DNA of 64,000 nucleotides from an uncultured Candidatus Rokubacteria bacterium (GTDB taxonomy: Bacteria > Methylomirabilota > Methylomirabilia > Rokubacteriales > DASRDR01): NCBI GenBank assembly GCA_963826115.1, contig CAWGVS010000007.1:32001-96000 (forward strand), read 5' to 3'. The notes below the pieces were generated by a model. That model was not told the DNA's origin. It worked only from the letters and a program-made list of their open reading frames with translations, and ran no database searches. Below are positions 45,668 to 54,823 of the stretch, piece by piece. Position numbers and translations under genes: made by a program. Positions within the stretch are counted from its first letter, which is position 1, and every line of letters begins with the position of its first letter.

Positions 45668-47127
45668 CCGCGCCGCTCCGGCGGGTCGAGCACCGTGGCG
45701 ACGCGGTCCTCGTAGCGGACCACCCAGCCCGCGGCCCGGAGGGCCGCCACCAACGGCGACCCGCTCCGCACCACGGCCGCCGCCACACCCTGCCGGGCCA
45801 GGACGTCCTGCCAGCCGGGCTGGACCTCCGACACCATCAGGTGCTCCGCGAAGCGCGCGGGGCCGTACACGGCCATCCGGCCGTCGATCGACACCCGGAG
45901 CTCCGGATACAGGTGCCAGATGAGATACCCCCCCCACACATACTCGTTCCAGAGCGTACCCCGACGACCCTCCCGGCGAAGAAAGTCCACTGCGCCCGCC
46001 GGCAGGGTGTCGGACACGCCGAGGGCCGGCCTGAGCTTGCTCCAGATCGCGTCGGGGCGGCGCGAGCCCGCCACCAGGCTGCACGCCGAGAAGACCAGGC
46101 CCACAGCCCCGACCGCGACCACGCGCCGGCCGAGCCCCGGCAGGGCGGGCCAGCGGGCCGCGACGCACGAGGCGACCGCCCGTCCGATGATGGGCGTCCC
46201 GACGATCACCAGGAGGGGCGTGTTGCGCACGGCCTGGAGGGCCAGGTGCACGAGCGGCACGAGCACGCCCAGGTCGCGCCACGGCACCGGCCGGGCCGTG
46301 CCGAGCGACAGGAGCAGCATGAGCCCGAGCATGATCTCGAGGACGAGAACCTGCGGGTGACCGAACGGCGGCGACGCCCACTCGGCGATCCAGGTTTGCG
46401 ACAGACGCTCGCCCATCACCTGGAAGGGGAAGAGCACGGCATGGTAGTGGAACGGGTTCGCCAGGGACGCCAGCGCGCTGACCGCCGTCCACGCCCCGAG
46501 CCCGCGCGCCCGGGCGAGGCCGCCGTTCCGTCCCGTCTCGTCGCCGAGCGCCCACCCGACGAGCTCGCCGCCGGCGCAGAGTGCCACCAGGGCGGGCCCG
46601 GCGAGGAACCCGGCGTGCAGGTTCGCCCACAGGGCCGTCAGGATCGGGAGCCACCACAGGCGGTTCCGCCGGCCGGCCTGGTAGTCGGCAAGGATCGCGG
46701 CGAAGACTGCCAGGATCAGATACGTCACCAGCTGAGGGCGCGGCGACCAGAACCCGTGCGTCGCGAGCGCGCCGAGGCTCAGCAGCGCGAGCGCCCATCC
46801 GGACCCGACGCCCTCGCGGCGAAGGAGCCGGTAGAGGACCCCGAACGTCGCCGCCGCGGCCAGACCCTGGAGGAGGATCACGCCCGTGGTGCCGGCCAGC
46901 GTGTACACCGCGTAGACCGCCAGCTCGAAACCCCACGCGTGATTCAGCCACGTCGAGCCCTGCGCGGTCGCCGAGAAGGGATCCGTGGTCGGGAAGGTGC
47001 GCGTCTCGACCATGTAGCGGCCGCCGCGCAGGAGCCACCAGAAGTCGGCATCGTCGATCGGCTGGAGCGCCGTGAGCCCGATCGCCGTCAGCACCGCCAC
47101 GGGGATCAGCCGACGGAGTGCCGTCAT
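45664..47127 (-). CDS. Polytopic membrane protein, putative GT-C glycosyltransferase (paralogue 1)
   Basis: DADFWWLLRGG..PTTDPFS..WLNH.W, RPQ, LWANLHAGF, NPF, IAEW, WGGYLIW and DGR..VYG. Confidence 0.75.
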   Translation of the reverse strand: MTALRRLIPVAVLTAIGLTALQPIDDADFWWLLRGGRYMVETRTFPTTDPFSATAQGSTWLNHAWGFELAVYAVYTLAGTTGVILLQGLAAAATFGVLYRLLRREGVGSGWALALLSLGALATHGFWSPRPQLVTYLILAVFAAILADYQAGRRNRLWWLPILTALWANLHAGFLAGPALVALCAGGELVGWALGDETGRNGGLARARGLGAWTAVSALASLANPFHYHAVLFPFQVMGERLSQTWIAEWASPPFGHPQVLVLEIMLGLMLLLSLGTARPVPWRDLGVLVPLVHLALQAVRNTPLLVIVGTPIIGRAVASCVAARWPALPGLGRRVVAVGAVGLVFSACSLVAGSRRPDAIWSKLRPALGVSDTLPAGAVDFLRREGRRGTLWNEYVWGGYLIWHLYPELRVSIDGRMAVYGPARFAEHLMVSEVQPGWQDVLARQGVAAAVVRSGSPLVAALRAAGWVVRYEDRVATVLDPPERRG

Positions 47128-47202
47128 CGCCCCGCTCCGGATGGACGGCGCGGGGCGGCAGCTATCGTGCGGCCGCGTCGAGGACCGGGGCGGAGCGCCC
47201 CG

Positions 47203-47802
47203 TCAGACCGTCCCGTAGACGAGGACCCAGGGAAACGCCCCGGTCCGCACCCGGATGTCGAGCTCGCGCTCGCAGAAGGCCGCGAAGTCCCGCGCCCCCC
47301 AGTGCTGGAGATGGTCCGAGGGATCGCCGAGCCGGGAGAGGTTCTTCCCGCGCATGAGGTTGCCGAGCCGGAAGAACGGCTCATGCGGCACGCTCAGCAG
47401 GCATCCGGCCCGCGCGACCCGGCGAAGCTCCCGGAGCGCCCGCGCCGGCTCGGGGAGATGCTCGAGGACCTCGAGGCAGACCACGAGGTCGAAGCTGTCG
47501 GCCCCGAAGGGCAGCGCGCATGCGTCCCCTCTCACGAGCGCGGCGCCGGGGCAGCGCGCGCGCGCTCCCTCCAGCGCCGTCTCATCGAGCTCGAGTCCGT
47601 CGAGCCGCACCCCCGGCAGGCGAGTCGCCAGGGTCGCCAACACGATACCCTCGCCGCATCCAACTTCCAGGATGCTGCGAGGGCGCTCGGCCACAGCCAG
47701 ATCCGACACCCGGCGCAGGAAGCGCCCCACGAGGTGTCGGACGACCGGATTCTTCGTCCGATACTTCCCCTCGTTGTCGCTGCGCGGGGCGCCGGCGATC
47801 AC
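47203..47802 (-). CDS. Class I SAM-dependent methyltransferase
   Basis: ILEVGCGEG, GDACALPF..SFDLVVCLEVLEHL and SVPHEP; GTG start at 47802. Confidence 0.9.
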   Translation of the reverse strand: MIAGAPRSDNEGKYRTKNPVVRHLVGRFLRRVSDLAVAERPRSILEVGCGEGIVLATLATRLPGVRLDGLELDETALEGARARCPGAALVRGDACALPFGADSFDLVVCLEVLEHLPEPARALRELRRVARAGCLLSVPHEPFFRLGNLMRGKNLSRLGDPSDHLQHWGARDFAAFCERELDIRVRTGAFPWVLVYGTV

Positions 47803-48734
47803 TCCAGGCGACGCCGGATCGAGACGTCGTCGGTCCGCGTCTGGTAGCTGAGCACCAGCTCGCTCAGGAGGCCGACGGCGAAGAACTGGACGCCCACGAG
47901 CATGCTGAGCACGCCGAAGGCGAGGAGCGGCCGGTGCCCGATCGGCTGCGCGCCCGACAGCCAGATACCGGTCAGGTACGCGTTGACCACGAACCCCACC
48001 GTCCACGCGATCAGCCCGAGCCCGCCGAAGAGGTGCAGCGGCCGGCGCGTGTACCGGGTCAGGAAGAGCACCGTGAGCAGATCGAGGAAGCCCCGCCAGA
48101 GGCGGGCGGAGCCGAACTTCGACCGGCCGAACTTCCGCGGGCGGTGGTGGACGGGGACCTCCGTCACCTGGAAGCCGCGCCAGGCGGCCAGCGCCGGGAT
48201 GAAGCGGTGCAGCTCGCCGTACAGGCGAAGCTCCTGCGTCACCTCGCGCCGGTAGACCTTGAATCCCGAGTTGAAGTCGCGAAGCTGCACACCCGTCAGC
48301 CGGCCGGTGATCCAGTTGAACAGCCGGGAGGGCCACGTCTTCGACCGCGGGTCGTGGCGTTCCTTCTTCCAGCCCGACACGAGGTCGAACCCCTCCTCCA
48401 GACGCGCCAGGAGCTTCGGGATCTCGGTGGGATCGTCCTGGAGGTCGGCATCGAGGGTCACGACGATCTCGCCCCGGGCCTCGCGGAACCCGACGGCGAG
48501 CGCGGCGGCCTTGCCGAAGTTGCGGCGGAGCTGGAGACCGCGGACCCGCGGATCCTCGATGGTCAGCTTCTCGATCAGCTGGAAGGAGCCGTCGCGGCTC
48601 CCGTCGTCGATGAAGAGGATCTCGTACGAACGACCGAGACGCTCGAGCGTCTCGGTCAGCTCGCGGTGGAGGACACCCAGGCTGTCAACCTCGTCGAGGA
48701 CCGGCAGGATCACCGAGACCTCGATCTGCTTCAC
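47799..48734 (-). CDS. GT2 polyprenol-phosphate glycosyltransferase (ArnC/GtrB/DPM-synthase-like)
   Basis: SVILPVLDE, IDDGSRDGS, RNFGKAAAL, LDADLQDDP, DFNSGFK, HRFIP and two C-terminal TM helices. Confidence 0.92.
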   Translation of the reverse strand: MKQIEVSVILPVLDEVDSLGVLHRELTETLERLGRSYEILFIDDGSRDGSFQLIEKLTIEDPRVRGLQLRRNFGKAAALAVGFREARGEIVVTLDADLQDDPTEIPKLLARLEEGFDLVSGWKKERHDPRSKTWPSRLFNWITGRLTGVQLRDFNSGFKVYRREVTQELRLYGELHRFIPALAAWRGFQVTEVPVHHRPRKFGRSKFGSARLWRGFLDLLTVLFLTRYTRRPLHLFGGLGLIAWTVGFVVNAYLTGIWLSGAQPIGHRPLLAFGVLSMLVGVQFFAVGLLSELVLSYQTRTDDVSIRRRLE

Positions 48735-48768
48735 CTGGGCATCCTCCCCCGCTCGCGCTGCTTGCAAC

Positions 48769-49101
48769 TTACGGGCAGCTCGCCACGGTGGCCGTGAAGT
48801 CGAGCTTGCCGTTGCTCGCGGTGTAGGTGGGGACAACGCCGCACTGCCAGGTCGGGGACGGCGTCACCAGACCCTCGATGAAGACCTCGGTCGGGGGGAA
48901 GACGCCGTTCTTCTTGCCGTAGTAGATGGCGACGGCGGACCGCATGGCGGCCACGTTGCCCTGGTCGGCCGCGAGCTTCGCCTTCTTCTGGATGTCCTGG
49001 AACACGGTGATGGCCACTGCGGCGATGATGGCGATGATCGCCACGACCACCATGAGCTCGACGAGGGTCAAGCCCTTCTGACTCCGGAGCTGCTTGAACA
49101 T
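48769..49101 (-). CDS. pilA: Major type IVa pilin
   Basis: MFKQLRSQKG|LTLVELMVVVAII with E5; C-terminal Cys pair; RBS GGAGG; sigma54 promoter; directly downstream of pilR. Confidence 0.9.
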   Translation of the reverse strand: MFKQLRSQKGLTLVELMVVVAIIAIIAAVAITVFQDIQKKAKLAADQGNVAAMRSAVAIYYGKKNGVFPPTEVFIEGLVTPSPTWQCGVVPTYTASNGKLDFTATVASCP

Positions 49102-49182
49102 CTGTCTACCTCCGCTGGTTGGGGTGAACTGCATCGGATCTCTGTCTTGAGCCCGCTTCTCAACGCACACGACGCTTGGTAG

Positions 49183-49198
49183 AGCAATTCCGGTGCCG
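49183..49198 (-). promoter_or_regulatory. sigma54 (-24/-12) promoter of pilA
   Basis: CGGCAC-CGGAA-TTGCT with exact GG-N10-GC spacing. Confidence 0.85.
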
Positions 49199-49281
49199 AC
49201 CCTCCAGAGACCATTCCGGGCCTTTCCGGGGCCTCCCCGGAGGGTCCCACGAGGTCCCGGAACCGCACCCAGCAGGGCATT

Positions 49282-49328
49282 TTGAGACCTAAAGGCACGT
49301 CTCAATTGACGAATATGGTCGCTGTCAA
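49282..49328. promoter_or_regulatory. Candidate PilR upstream activator sites
   Basis: Adjacent palindromes TTGAGAC-N10-GTCTCAA (49282-49305) and TTGAC-N13-GTCAA (49306-49328), about 85-130 bp upstream of the sigma54 site. Confidence 0.5.
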
Positions 49329-49355
49329 GATTGGCCACGGCCGCTTCGCAAATTG

Positions 49356-50768
49356 TCATTGCGCCGCGTCGTCCGGGCCGCCGTCAGGGCCCGTGCCGCG
49401 CTCGATCATCCCGTACTTCTGGAGACGATAGCGGAAGGACCGGAAGCCCGTCCCGAGGAGCTGCGCCGCGCGGCTCTGCACGCCGTCCACGCGATCGAGC
49501 GCGCGCCGGATCAGATCGCGCTCGATCTGCTCCATGAGCTTGTCGAGGTCGATGCCCTCCGGCGGGAACTCGACGTGGAAGGCGTCGGGCGGCCGCGGGC
49601 GCCGGAGGGAGTCCGGCAGGCTCTCCGGGCGGATGATCGGCCCGGGCTCGAGGGTCACGGCTCGCTCGACCACGTTCTCCAGCTCCCGGATGTTGCCCGG
49701 CCACGCATAGGCCTCCAGGCACGCGAGCGCCTCGGGGCTCAGGACCTTCGGGGGCGCCCCCGCCAGCTCGGTGAACTTCTGGAGGAAGTGGTTGGTGAGC
49801 AGCGGGATGTCCTCGCGGCGCTCGCGGAGCGAGGGCAGCGCCACGGCGATGACGTTCAGCCGGTAGAAGAGGTCCTCGCGGAAGACGCCGCGCGCCATCG
49901 CCTGGGCGAGATCCCGGTTCGTGGCCGCGATGATCCGCACCTCGACGCGGACCGGCTTGGTCCCGCCGACCGGCCGCACCTCGCGGTCCTCGAGCACGCG
50001 GAGGAGCTTCGCCTGGAGGTGGGTCGACATCTCGCTGATCTCGTCGAGCAGGAGCGTGCCGCCGTCCGCGGTCTCGAACAGCCCCTGCTTGTTGGCGATG
50101 GCGCCCGTGAACGCGCCGCGCACGTGGCCGAAGAGCTCCGACTCCATCAGCTCGTTGGGGATGGCCGCGCAGTTCACGGCCACGAACGGCCCGTTCTTCC
50201 GGCTCGAGTTGAAGTGGATGGTCTTCGCGAGCAGCGTCTTGCCGGTGCCGCTCTCCCCCGTCAGGAGGACCGTCGCCCGGGACTCGGCCAGCCGGCTGAT
50301 GGTCGAGAAGAGCTCCTGCACCTTGGCGCTCTTGCCCACCATGTTGCCCAGCGTGTAGCGGAGCTCGACCTCGCGTCGCAGCCGCTGGTTCTCCCAGCGG
50401 AGCCGCCGCTCCTCGAGCGCCTTCCGCACCACCAGCTTCAGCTCGTCGACCTTGAACGGCTTGATCAGGTAGTCGTAGGCGCCTTCCTTGAGGGCCTGGA
50501 TCGCGGTCTCGGTCGTGGCGAAGGCCGTGACGATCACCACCGCCACCGTCTCGCTGATCTCCTTGAGCCGCCGGAGCGTCTCGAGCCCGTCCATGCCCGG
50601 CATCTTGAGATCCACGAGCGCGAGGTCCGCAGGCGCCTCGGCCATGGCCTTGAGGGCCTCGGGGCCGGACGCGGCCGCGACGACCTCGAAGCCGTCCCGC
50701 CCGAGAGTGATCGTGAGGAACTCCCGGAGGCTCTGATCGTCGTCGACGACGAGGACGCGTTCGATCAC
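49356..50768 (-). CDS. pilR: sigma54-dependent response regulator PilR
   Basis: REC domain, [46 protein letters not shown] and Fis-type HTH ending FRSFRYRL. Confidence 0.92.
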   Translation of the reverse strand: MIERVLVVDDDQSLREFLTITLGRDGFEVVAAASGPEALKAMAEAPADLALVDLKMPGMDGLETLRRLKEISETVAVVIVTAFATTETAIQALKEGAYDYLIKPFKVDELKLVVRKALEERRLRWENQRLRREVELRYTLGNMVGKSAKVQELFSTISRLAESRATVLLTGESGTGKTLLAKTIHFNSSRKNGPFVAVNCAAIPNELMESELFGHVRGAFTGAIANKQGLFETADGGTLLLDEISEMSTHLQAKLLRVLEDREVRPVGGTKPVRVEVRIIAATNRDLAQAMARGVFREDLFYRLNVIAVALPSLRERREDIPLLTNHFLQKFTELAGAPPKVLSPEALACLEAYAWPGNIRELENVVERAVTLEPGPIIRPESLPDSLRRPRPPDAFHVEFPPEGIDLDKLMEQIERDLIRRALDRVDGVQSRAAQLLGTGFRSFRYRLQKYGMIERGTGPDGGPDDAAQ

Positions 50769-50772
50769 GGGT

Positions 50773-52449
50773 CTAGCCCTCGCTCAGGGGGAGTGAGATG
50801 GTGAACCGGCTCCCCCGGTATGGCTCGCTCTGCACGTGGATCTCGCCGCCGTGGTCCTCGACGATCCGGTGCGCGATCGCGAGCCCGAGCCCGGTTCCCT
50901 GGGGCTTGGTCGTAAAGAATGGCTCGAAGACCTGGGCCAGCTCGGCGGCGCTGATGCCGACGCCGGTGTCCTCGACGGTGATCTCCTGCACGGGCTTGGC
51001 CGAGCCGGCGCCCACGGTTCGGACGCCCACCCGGAGCTCCCCGCCCTGGGGCATCGCCTCGACCGCGTTGAGGCAGAGGTTCCACAGGGCCTGGCGCATC
51101 TGCGAGGGGTCGACGTCCGCCTTCGCCGTCGGCTCGGCCATGTCCCGCCGCATCTGGACCGGCGCCGCGCCCCCGCTCTTGGTGCCCCGCTGGTGCGAGA
51201 GCATCAGCAGGATCTCGTCGAGCATCGCCGGCATGTCGGTGGGGACCCGCACCAGGTGGGGCGGCCGGGAGAACTGGAGGAAGTCCCGGATGATCGCGTC
51301 CAGCCGGTCCGACTCCCGGAGGACGATGTCCATGAGGCGCCGGTCGTCCTCCTGCGGATCGAGACTCCCGCGCAGGACCTCCACCGAGCCGCGAATGGAG
51401 CCGAGGGGATTCCGGATCTCGTGGGCGAGCCCGGCGGCCAGGCGCCCGATGGCCGCCAGGCGGTCCGCCTGCCGCACCTGCTCCTCCATCCGCCTGATCT
51501 CGGTGAGGTCCTGGAAGGAGCAGATCGCGCCGCGGCCGCGGCGGAGGAACGACAGGCTCATGCCGACCGGGATCCGGGAGCCGTCGGGGCGCACGAGGTC
51601 GGCCTCGGAGCGGGTCCGCCGCGCGCTTCCGCCCTCCAGGCTCTCCCACACGCTGGCGAACGGCGACGCGCCGGGGAACAGCGTCTCCCACCGGGCCCCC
51701 CGGAGCTCCATCTCGCGGCGGCCGCACAGGCTCTCGGCGGCCCGGTTGACGGAGGTCACGACCCCTCGGCGGTCGAAGGTCAGGAGCCCGCTCGCGACGC
51801 TCTGGACGATATCCTCGTGGAGGGCGCGCAGGGCCGCGAGGCTCGCCTCGTTGCGATGCGCCTCGCCGCGCGCCTGGCGGAGCCGGCCGGCCAGATAGGT
51901 CCCCAGGTACGCCATCAGGAAGCACGCGCAGAAGTTCGTGCTGATGATCAGGATGGTGAGGCTGCCTTCCATCCCGACGTTGCGCGCCAGCAGGTGGTCC
52001 ACCGCCGGCGGGAGCCAGCGGTAGAACTGGGCGCCCAGCGTCACGCCGTGGAGGAACACCGCGACGGTCGCGACCCCGAAGCTCTCCCGCGGCGCCACGA
52101 TGATGCTGGCCGTGAGGATCGACACGAGATAGAGGAACGGAAAGACACTGTACGGCCCGCCCGTGAGGTAGATCAGGATCGTCGCGAGGACGATGTCCCC
52201 GTAGATCTGGACCTCGGCCAGCCAGACGGGGTTGCGGACGTGCCCGAGGAGCGCGAGGTAGACGGCGGACAAGAGGTATGTCGCCGCGAGAAGCGTCAGG
52301 ACCGGCGGGAGCGGGAACAGGGTCAGGCCGCTGAGGCTCGCCCCGATCAGCGCCGCCGCGAGCAGGGACACGAAACCCGTCCGGCCGTAGACCAGCCAGC
52401 GGACCGTGCCCTGTCCCTCGGGTGGCGTGATCATCCCGCTCCCCACCAC
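50773..52449 (-). CDS. pilS: Sensor histidine kinase PilS
   Basis: About six TM helices (D..LAT.LIYLTGG..S.F), PAS, AHEIRNPL and HATPase; start may be the ATG about 15 nt downstream. Confidence 0.9.
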   Translation of the reverse strand: MVGSGMITPPEGQGTVRWLVYGRTGFVSLLAAALIGASLSGLTLFPLPPVLTLLAATYLLSAVYLALLGHVRNPVWLAEVQIYGDIVLATILIYLTGGPYSVFPFLYLVSILTASIIVAPRESFGVATVAVFLHGVTLGAQFYRWLPPAVDHLLARNVGMEGSLTILIISTNFCACFLMAYLGTYLAGRLRQARGEAHRNEASLAALRALHEDIVQSVASGLLTFDRRGVVTSVNRAAESLCGRREMELRGARWETLFPGASPFASVWESLEGGSARRTRSEADLVRPDGSRIPVGMSLSFLRRGRGAICSFQDLTEIRRMEEQVRQADRLAAIGRLAAGLAHEIRNPLGSIRGSVEVLRGSLDPQEDDRRLMDIVLRESDRLDAIIRDFLQFSRPPHLVRVPTDMPAMLDEILLMLSHQRGTKSGGAAPVQMRRDMAEPTAKADVDPSQMRQALWNLCLNAVEAMPQGGELRVGVRTVGAGSAKPVQEITVEDTGVGISAAELAQVFEPFFTTKPQGTGLGLAIAHRIVEDHGGEIHVQSEPYRGSRFTISLPLSEG

Positions 52450-52462
52450 GCCCTGCGGGGCC

Positions 52463-53692
52463 CTACTTGACCAGCGTCACCACCTTGAAGATCGGCAGGT
52501 AGATCGCGATGACGATACCGCCGATCACCACGCCGAGGAACACGATCAGCAGCGGCTCGAGCAAGGCGGTCAAGCCGGAGACCGCCACGTCGACCTCGTC
52601 CTCGTAGTAGTCGGCGACCTTCGCCAGCATGTTGTCGAGCGCGCCGGTCTGCTCGCCGACGATGACCATCTGGACGACCATCGGCGGGAACACCCCGCTG
52701 TCCTTCAGGCGCTCGCCGAGGGTCTGTCCGGCCATGACTCGCTCGCGAGCGGCCATGACCGAGTTCTCGACGACGCGGTTGCCCGCGGTCTTGGCGGTGA
52801 TGCGCAGCGCGTCGATGATCGGCACGCCGCCACCCAGGAGCGCCGACAGGGTGCGCGTGAAGCGGGCGATCGAGATCTTCCGCACCAACGGCCCGAAGAT
52901 CGGGGCCCGGAGCAGGAAGCGGTCGACCGCCAGCCGGCCCGCCACGGTCCGGTACCACATCCGGAAACCGTACATTGCGGCCACCCACGCCGCGATGATG
53001 ATGTACCAGTACCGCACCACCCCGTTGCTGATCGCGATGACGATGCGGGTCGGCAGGGGCAGCGGCACACCGGCGTTCTCGAAGAACGCAGAGAAGATCG
53101 GGATGATGAAGACCATCAGGAACGCCACGACCAGGACCGCGATGGTCATGACGAGGATCGGGTACACGATGGCCATCTGCACGCGGTGCTTCAGCGCCTG
53201 GGCCTTCTCGAGGTACGTGGAGAGCCGCGAGAGCATCGAGTCGAGCACGCCGCCCGTCTCGCCGACGTGCACCAGGTTCACGTACAGCTCGTCGAAGACC
53301 CGCGGGAACCGGCCCAGCGCGTCGGACAGGGTGGACCCCGACTCCACGTCGGACGCGACCTTGGCGATGATGTCCTGGAAGCCCTTCCGCTCCATCTGCA
53401 TGCCCAGCGTCTGAAGGCACTGGACGAGCGGGAGACCGGCCGCGATCATCGTGGCGAACTGCCGGCTGAAGACCGAGATGTCCTTGCCGCGGACGCCGCC
53501 GACGAGCGCCTTGATCCCGGGCAGCTCGTTGAGGGAGAACGAGGCGTTGACACCCCGCTTCACGGCGATGTTCTGGACGACGATCCCCTGCGAGCGGAGC
53601 TGGCGCGCCGCCGCGCGCTCGTCCGGCGCCGTGATCTCCGCCCGGACCTGCCCGCCGCCCGCCGTGACGCCCCGATACGTGAAGTTCGGCAT
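52463..53692 (-). CDS. pilC: Type IV pilus platform protein PilC
   Basis: FSRQFATMIAAGLPL, GETGGVLD, YP, FPPMV..GEQTGALD and LEP. Confidence 0.96.
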   Translation of the reverse strand: MPNFTYRGVTAGGGQVRAEITAPDERAAARQLRSQGIVVQNIAVKRGVNASFSLNELPGIKALVGGVRGKDISVFSRQFATMIAAGLPLVQCLQTLGMQMERKGFQDIIAKVASDVESGSTLSDALGRFPRVFDELYVNLVHVGETGGVLDSMLSRLSTYLEKAQALKHRVQMAIVYPILVMTIAVLVVAFLMVFIIPIFSAFFENAGVPLPLPTRIVIAISNGVVRYWYIIIAAWVAAMYGFRMWYRTVAGRLAVDRFLLRAPIFGPLVRKISIARFTRTLSALLGGGVPIIDALRITAKTAGNRVVENSVMAARERVMAGQTLGERLKDSGVFPPMVVQMVIVGEQTGALDNMLAKVADYYEDEVDVAVSGLTALLEPLLIVFLGVVIGGIVIAIYLPIFKVVTLVK

Positions 53693-53711
53693 GGCTTCCC
53701 CCGTGTCGGCC

Positions 53712-54803
53712 CTAGCGGGCGGCGATCGCCGCCGGCTGGTCCATCATGCGGAGCAGCTCCTCCGGATACGAGCTCCGGGATAGCGCCTCCGGCCGCGAGA
53801 CGTGGCCACGGAGGTACAGGTTCGCGAGCGACTGGTTCATCGTCTGCATCCCGAACTTCTGGCCCGCCTGCATCGCCGAGTAGATCTGGTGGACCTTCTC
53901 CTCGCGGATCATGTTGCGGATCGCGGGGGTGGCGATGAGGATCTCCATCGCGAGCGACCGGCCGCGGCCGTCGCGTCGCGGGATCAGGAGCTGGTTGAAG
54001 ACGGCCTCCAGCACGAGGGCCAGCTGGGCGCGCACCTGGGACTGCTGGTGCGGCGGGAAGACGTCGATGATCCGGTCGATCGACTGGGCGCACGAGTTGG
54101 TGTGCAGCGTCGCGAACGTGAGGTGCCCCGTCTCCGCGATCGTCAGCGCCGCCTGGATCGTCTCGAGGTCGCGCATTTCGCCGATCAGCACGACGTCCGG
54201 GTCCTGCCGCAGCACGTACTTGAGGGCGGCCGGGAACGAGTGGGTGTCGCTCCCCACCTCGCGCTGGTTCACGAGCGCTTTCTGATGCTGGAACAGGTAC
54301 TCCAGCGGGTCCTCGACCGTGACGATGTGGACGTCGCGCTCCCGGTTGATCCGGTCGAGCATGGCCGCCATCGAGGTCGTCTTCCCGTGCCCGGTCGGTC
54401 CCGTGACCAGGATGAGCCCCTTGTGCCGCTGGATCAGCTGGGTGCAGATCTCCATCGGCAGCCCGAGCTCCTGGAAGCTCTTCGGCTGGTGGGGAATGGA
54501 CCGCAGCGCGACGCCCACCGCCCCCCGCTGCCGGTACACGTTGACCCGGTACCGGGAGAGCCCCGTCACCCCGTACGAGAAGTCCAGCTCGTGGTTCGAC
54601 TCGAACCGCTCCCGCTGCTCCGCGTTGATCAGGCTGTACGCGAGAGCCTTCGTCTGCTCCCCGTCGAGCGGCGCGTAGTCCAGGGCCACCAGGTGGCCGT
54701 GGACACGCAGCGTCGGGGCCGCGCCGGCGGTGATATGGAGGTCCGACGCGTTCCTCTCCGCCATCGCGACGAGAAGATCGCGCATCGACACGTTCTGGTT
54801 CAC
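53712..54803 (-). CDS. pilT: Retraction ATPase PilT
   Basis: ASDLH, GPTGHGKTT, EDPLE, LRQDPDVVLIGEMRD, TGH..TLHT and AIRNMIRE; GTG start at 54803. Confidence 0.96.
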   Translation of the reverse strand: MNQNVSMRDLLVAMAERNASDLHITAGAAPTLRVHGHLVALDYAPLDGEQTKALAYSLINAEQRERFESNHELDFSYGVTGLSRYRVNVYRQRGAVGVALRSIPHQPKSFQELGLPMEICTQLIQRHKGLILVTGPTGHGKTTSMAAMLDRINRERDVHIVTVEDPLEYLFQHQKALVNQREVGSDTHSFPAALKYVLRQDPDVVLIGEMRDLETIQAALTIAETGHLTFATLHTNSCAQSIDRIIDVFPPHQQSQVRAQLALVLEAVFNQLLIPRRDGRGRSLAMEILIATPAIRNMIREEKVHQIYSAMQAGQKFGMQTMNQSLANLYLRGHVSRPEALSRSSYPEELLRMMDQPAAIAAR

Positions 54804-54823
54804 GGCTCTTCCCCCTTTGGCCC

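Noticed and set aside
41982-47038. Giant 1268-aa and 1006-aa ORFs in the track (likewise 972 aa at 27643-30561 and 867 aa at 6590-9193)
   Set aside because: Their N-terminal parts are off-frame read-through of upstream genes; the real starts lie at the stop/start overlaps given in the features
48769-49101. Electrically conductive (Geobacter-type) pilin
   Set aside because: Only 8 aromatic residues in 100, and positions 1, 27 and 32 are non-aromatic (L, I, K)
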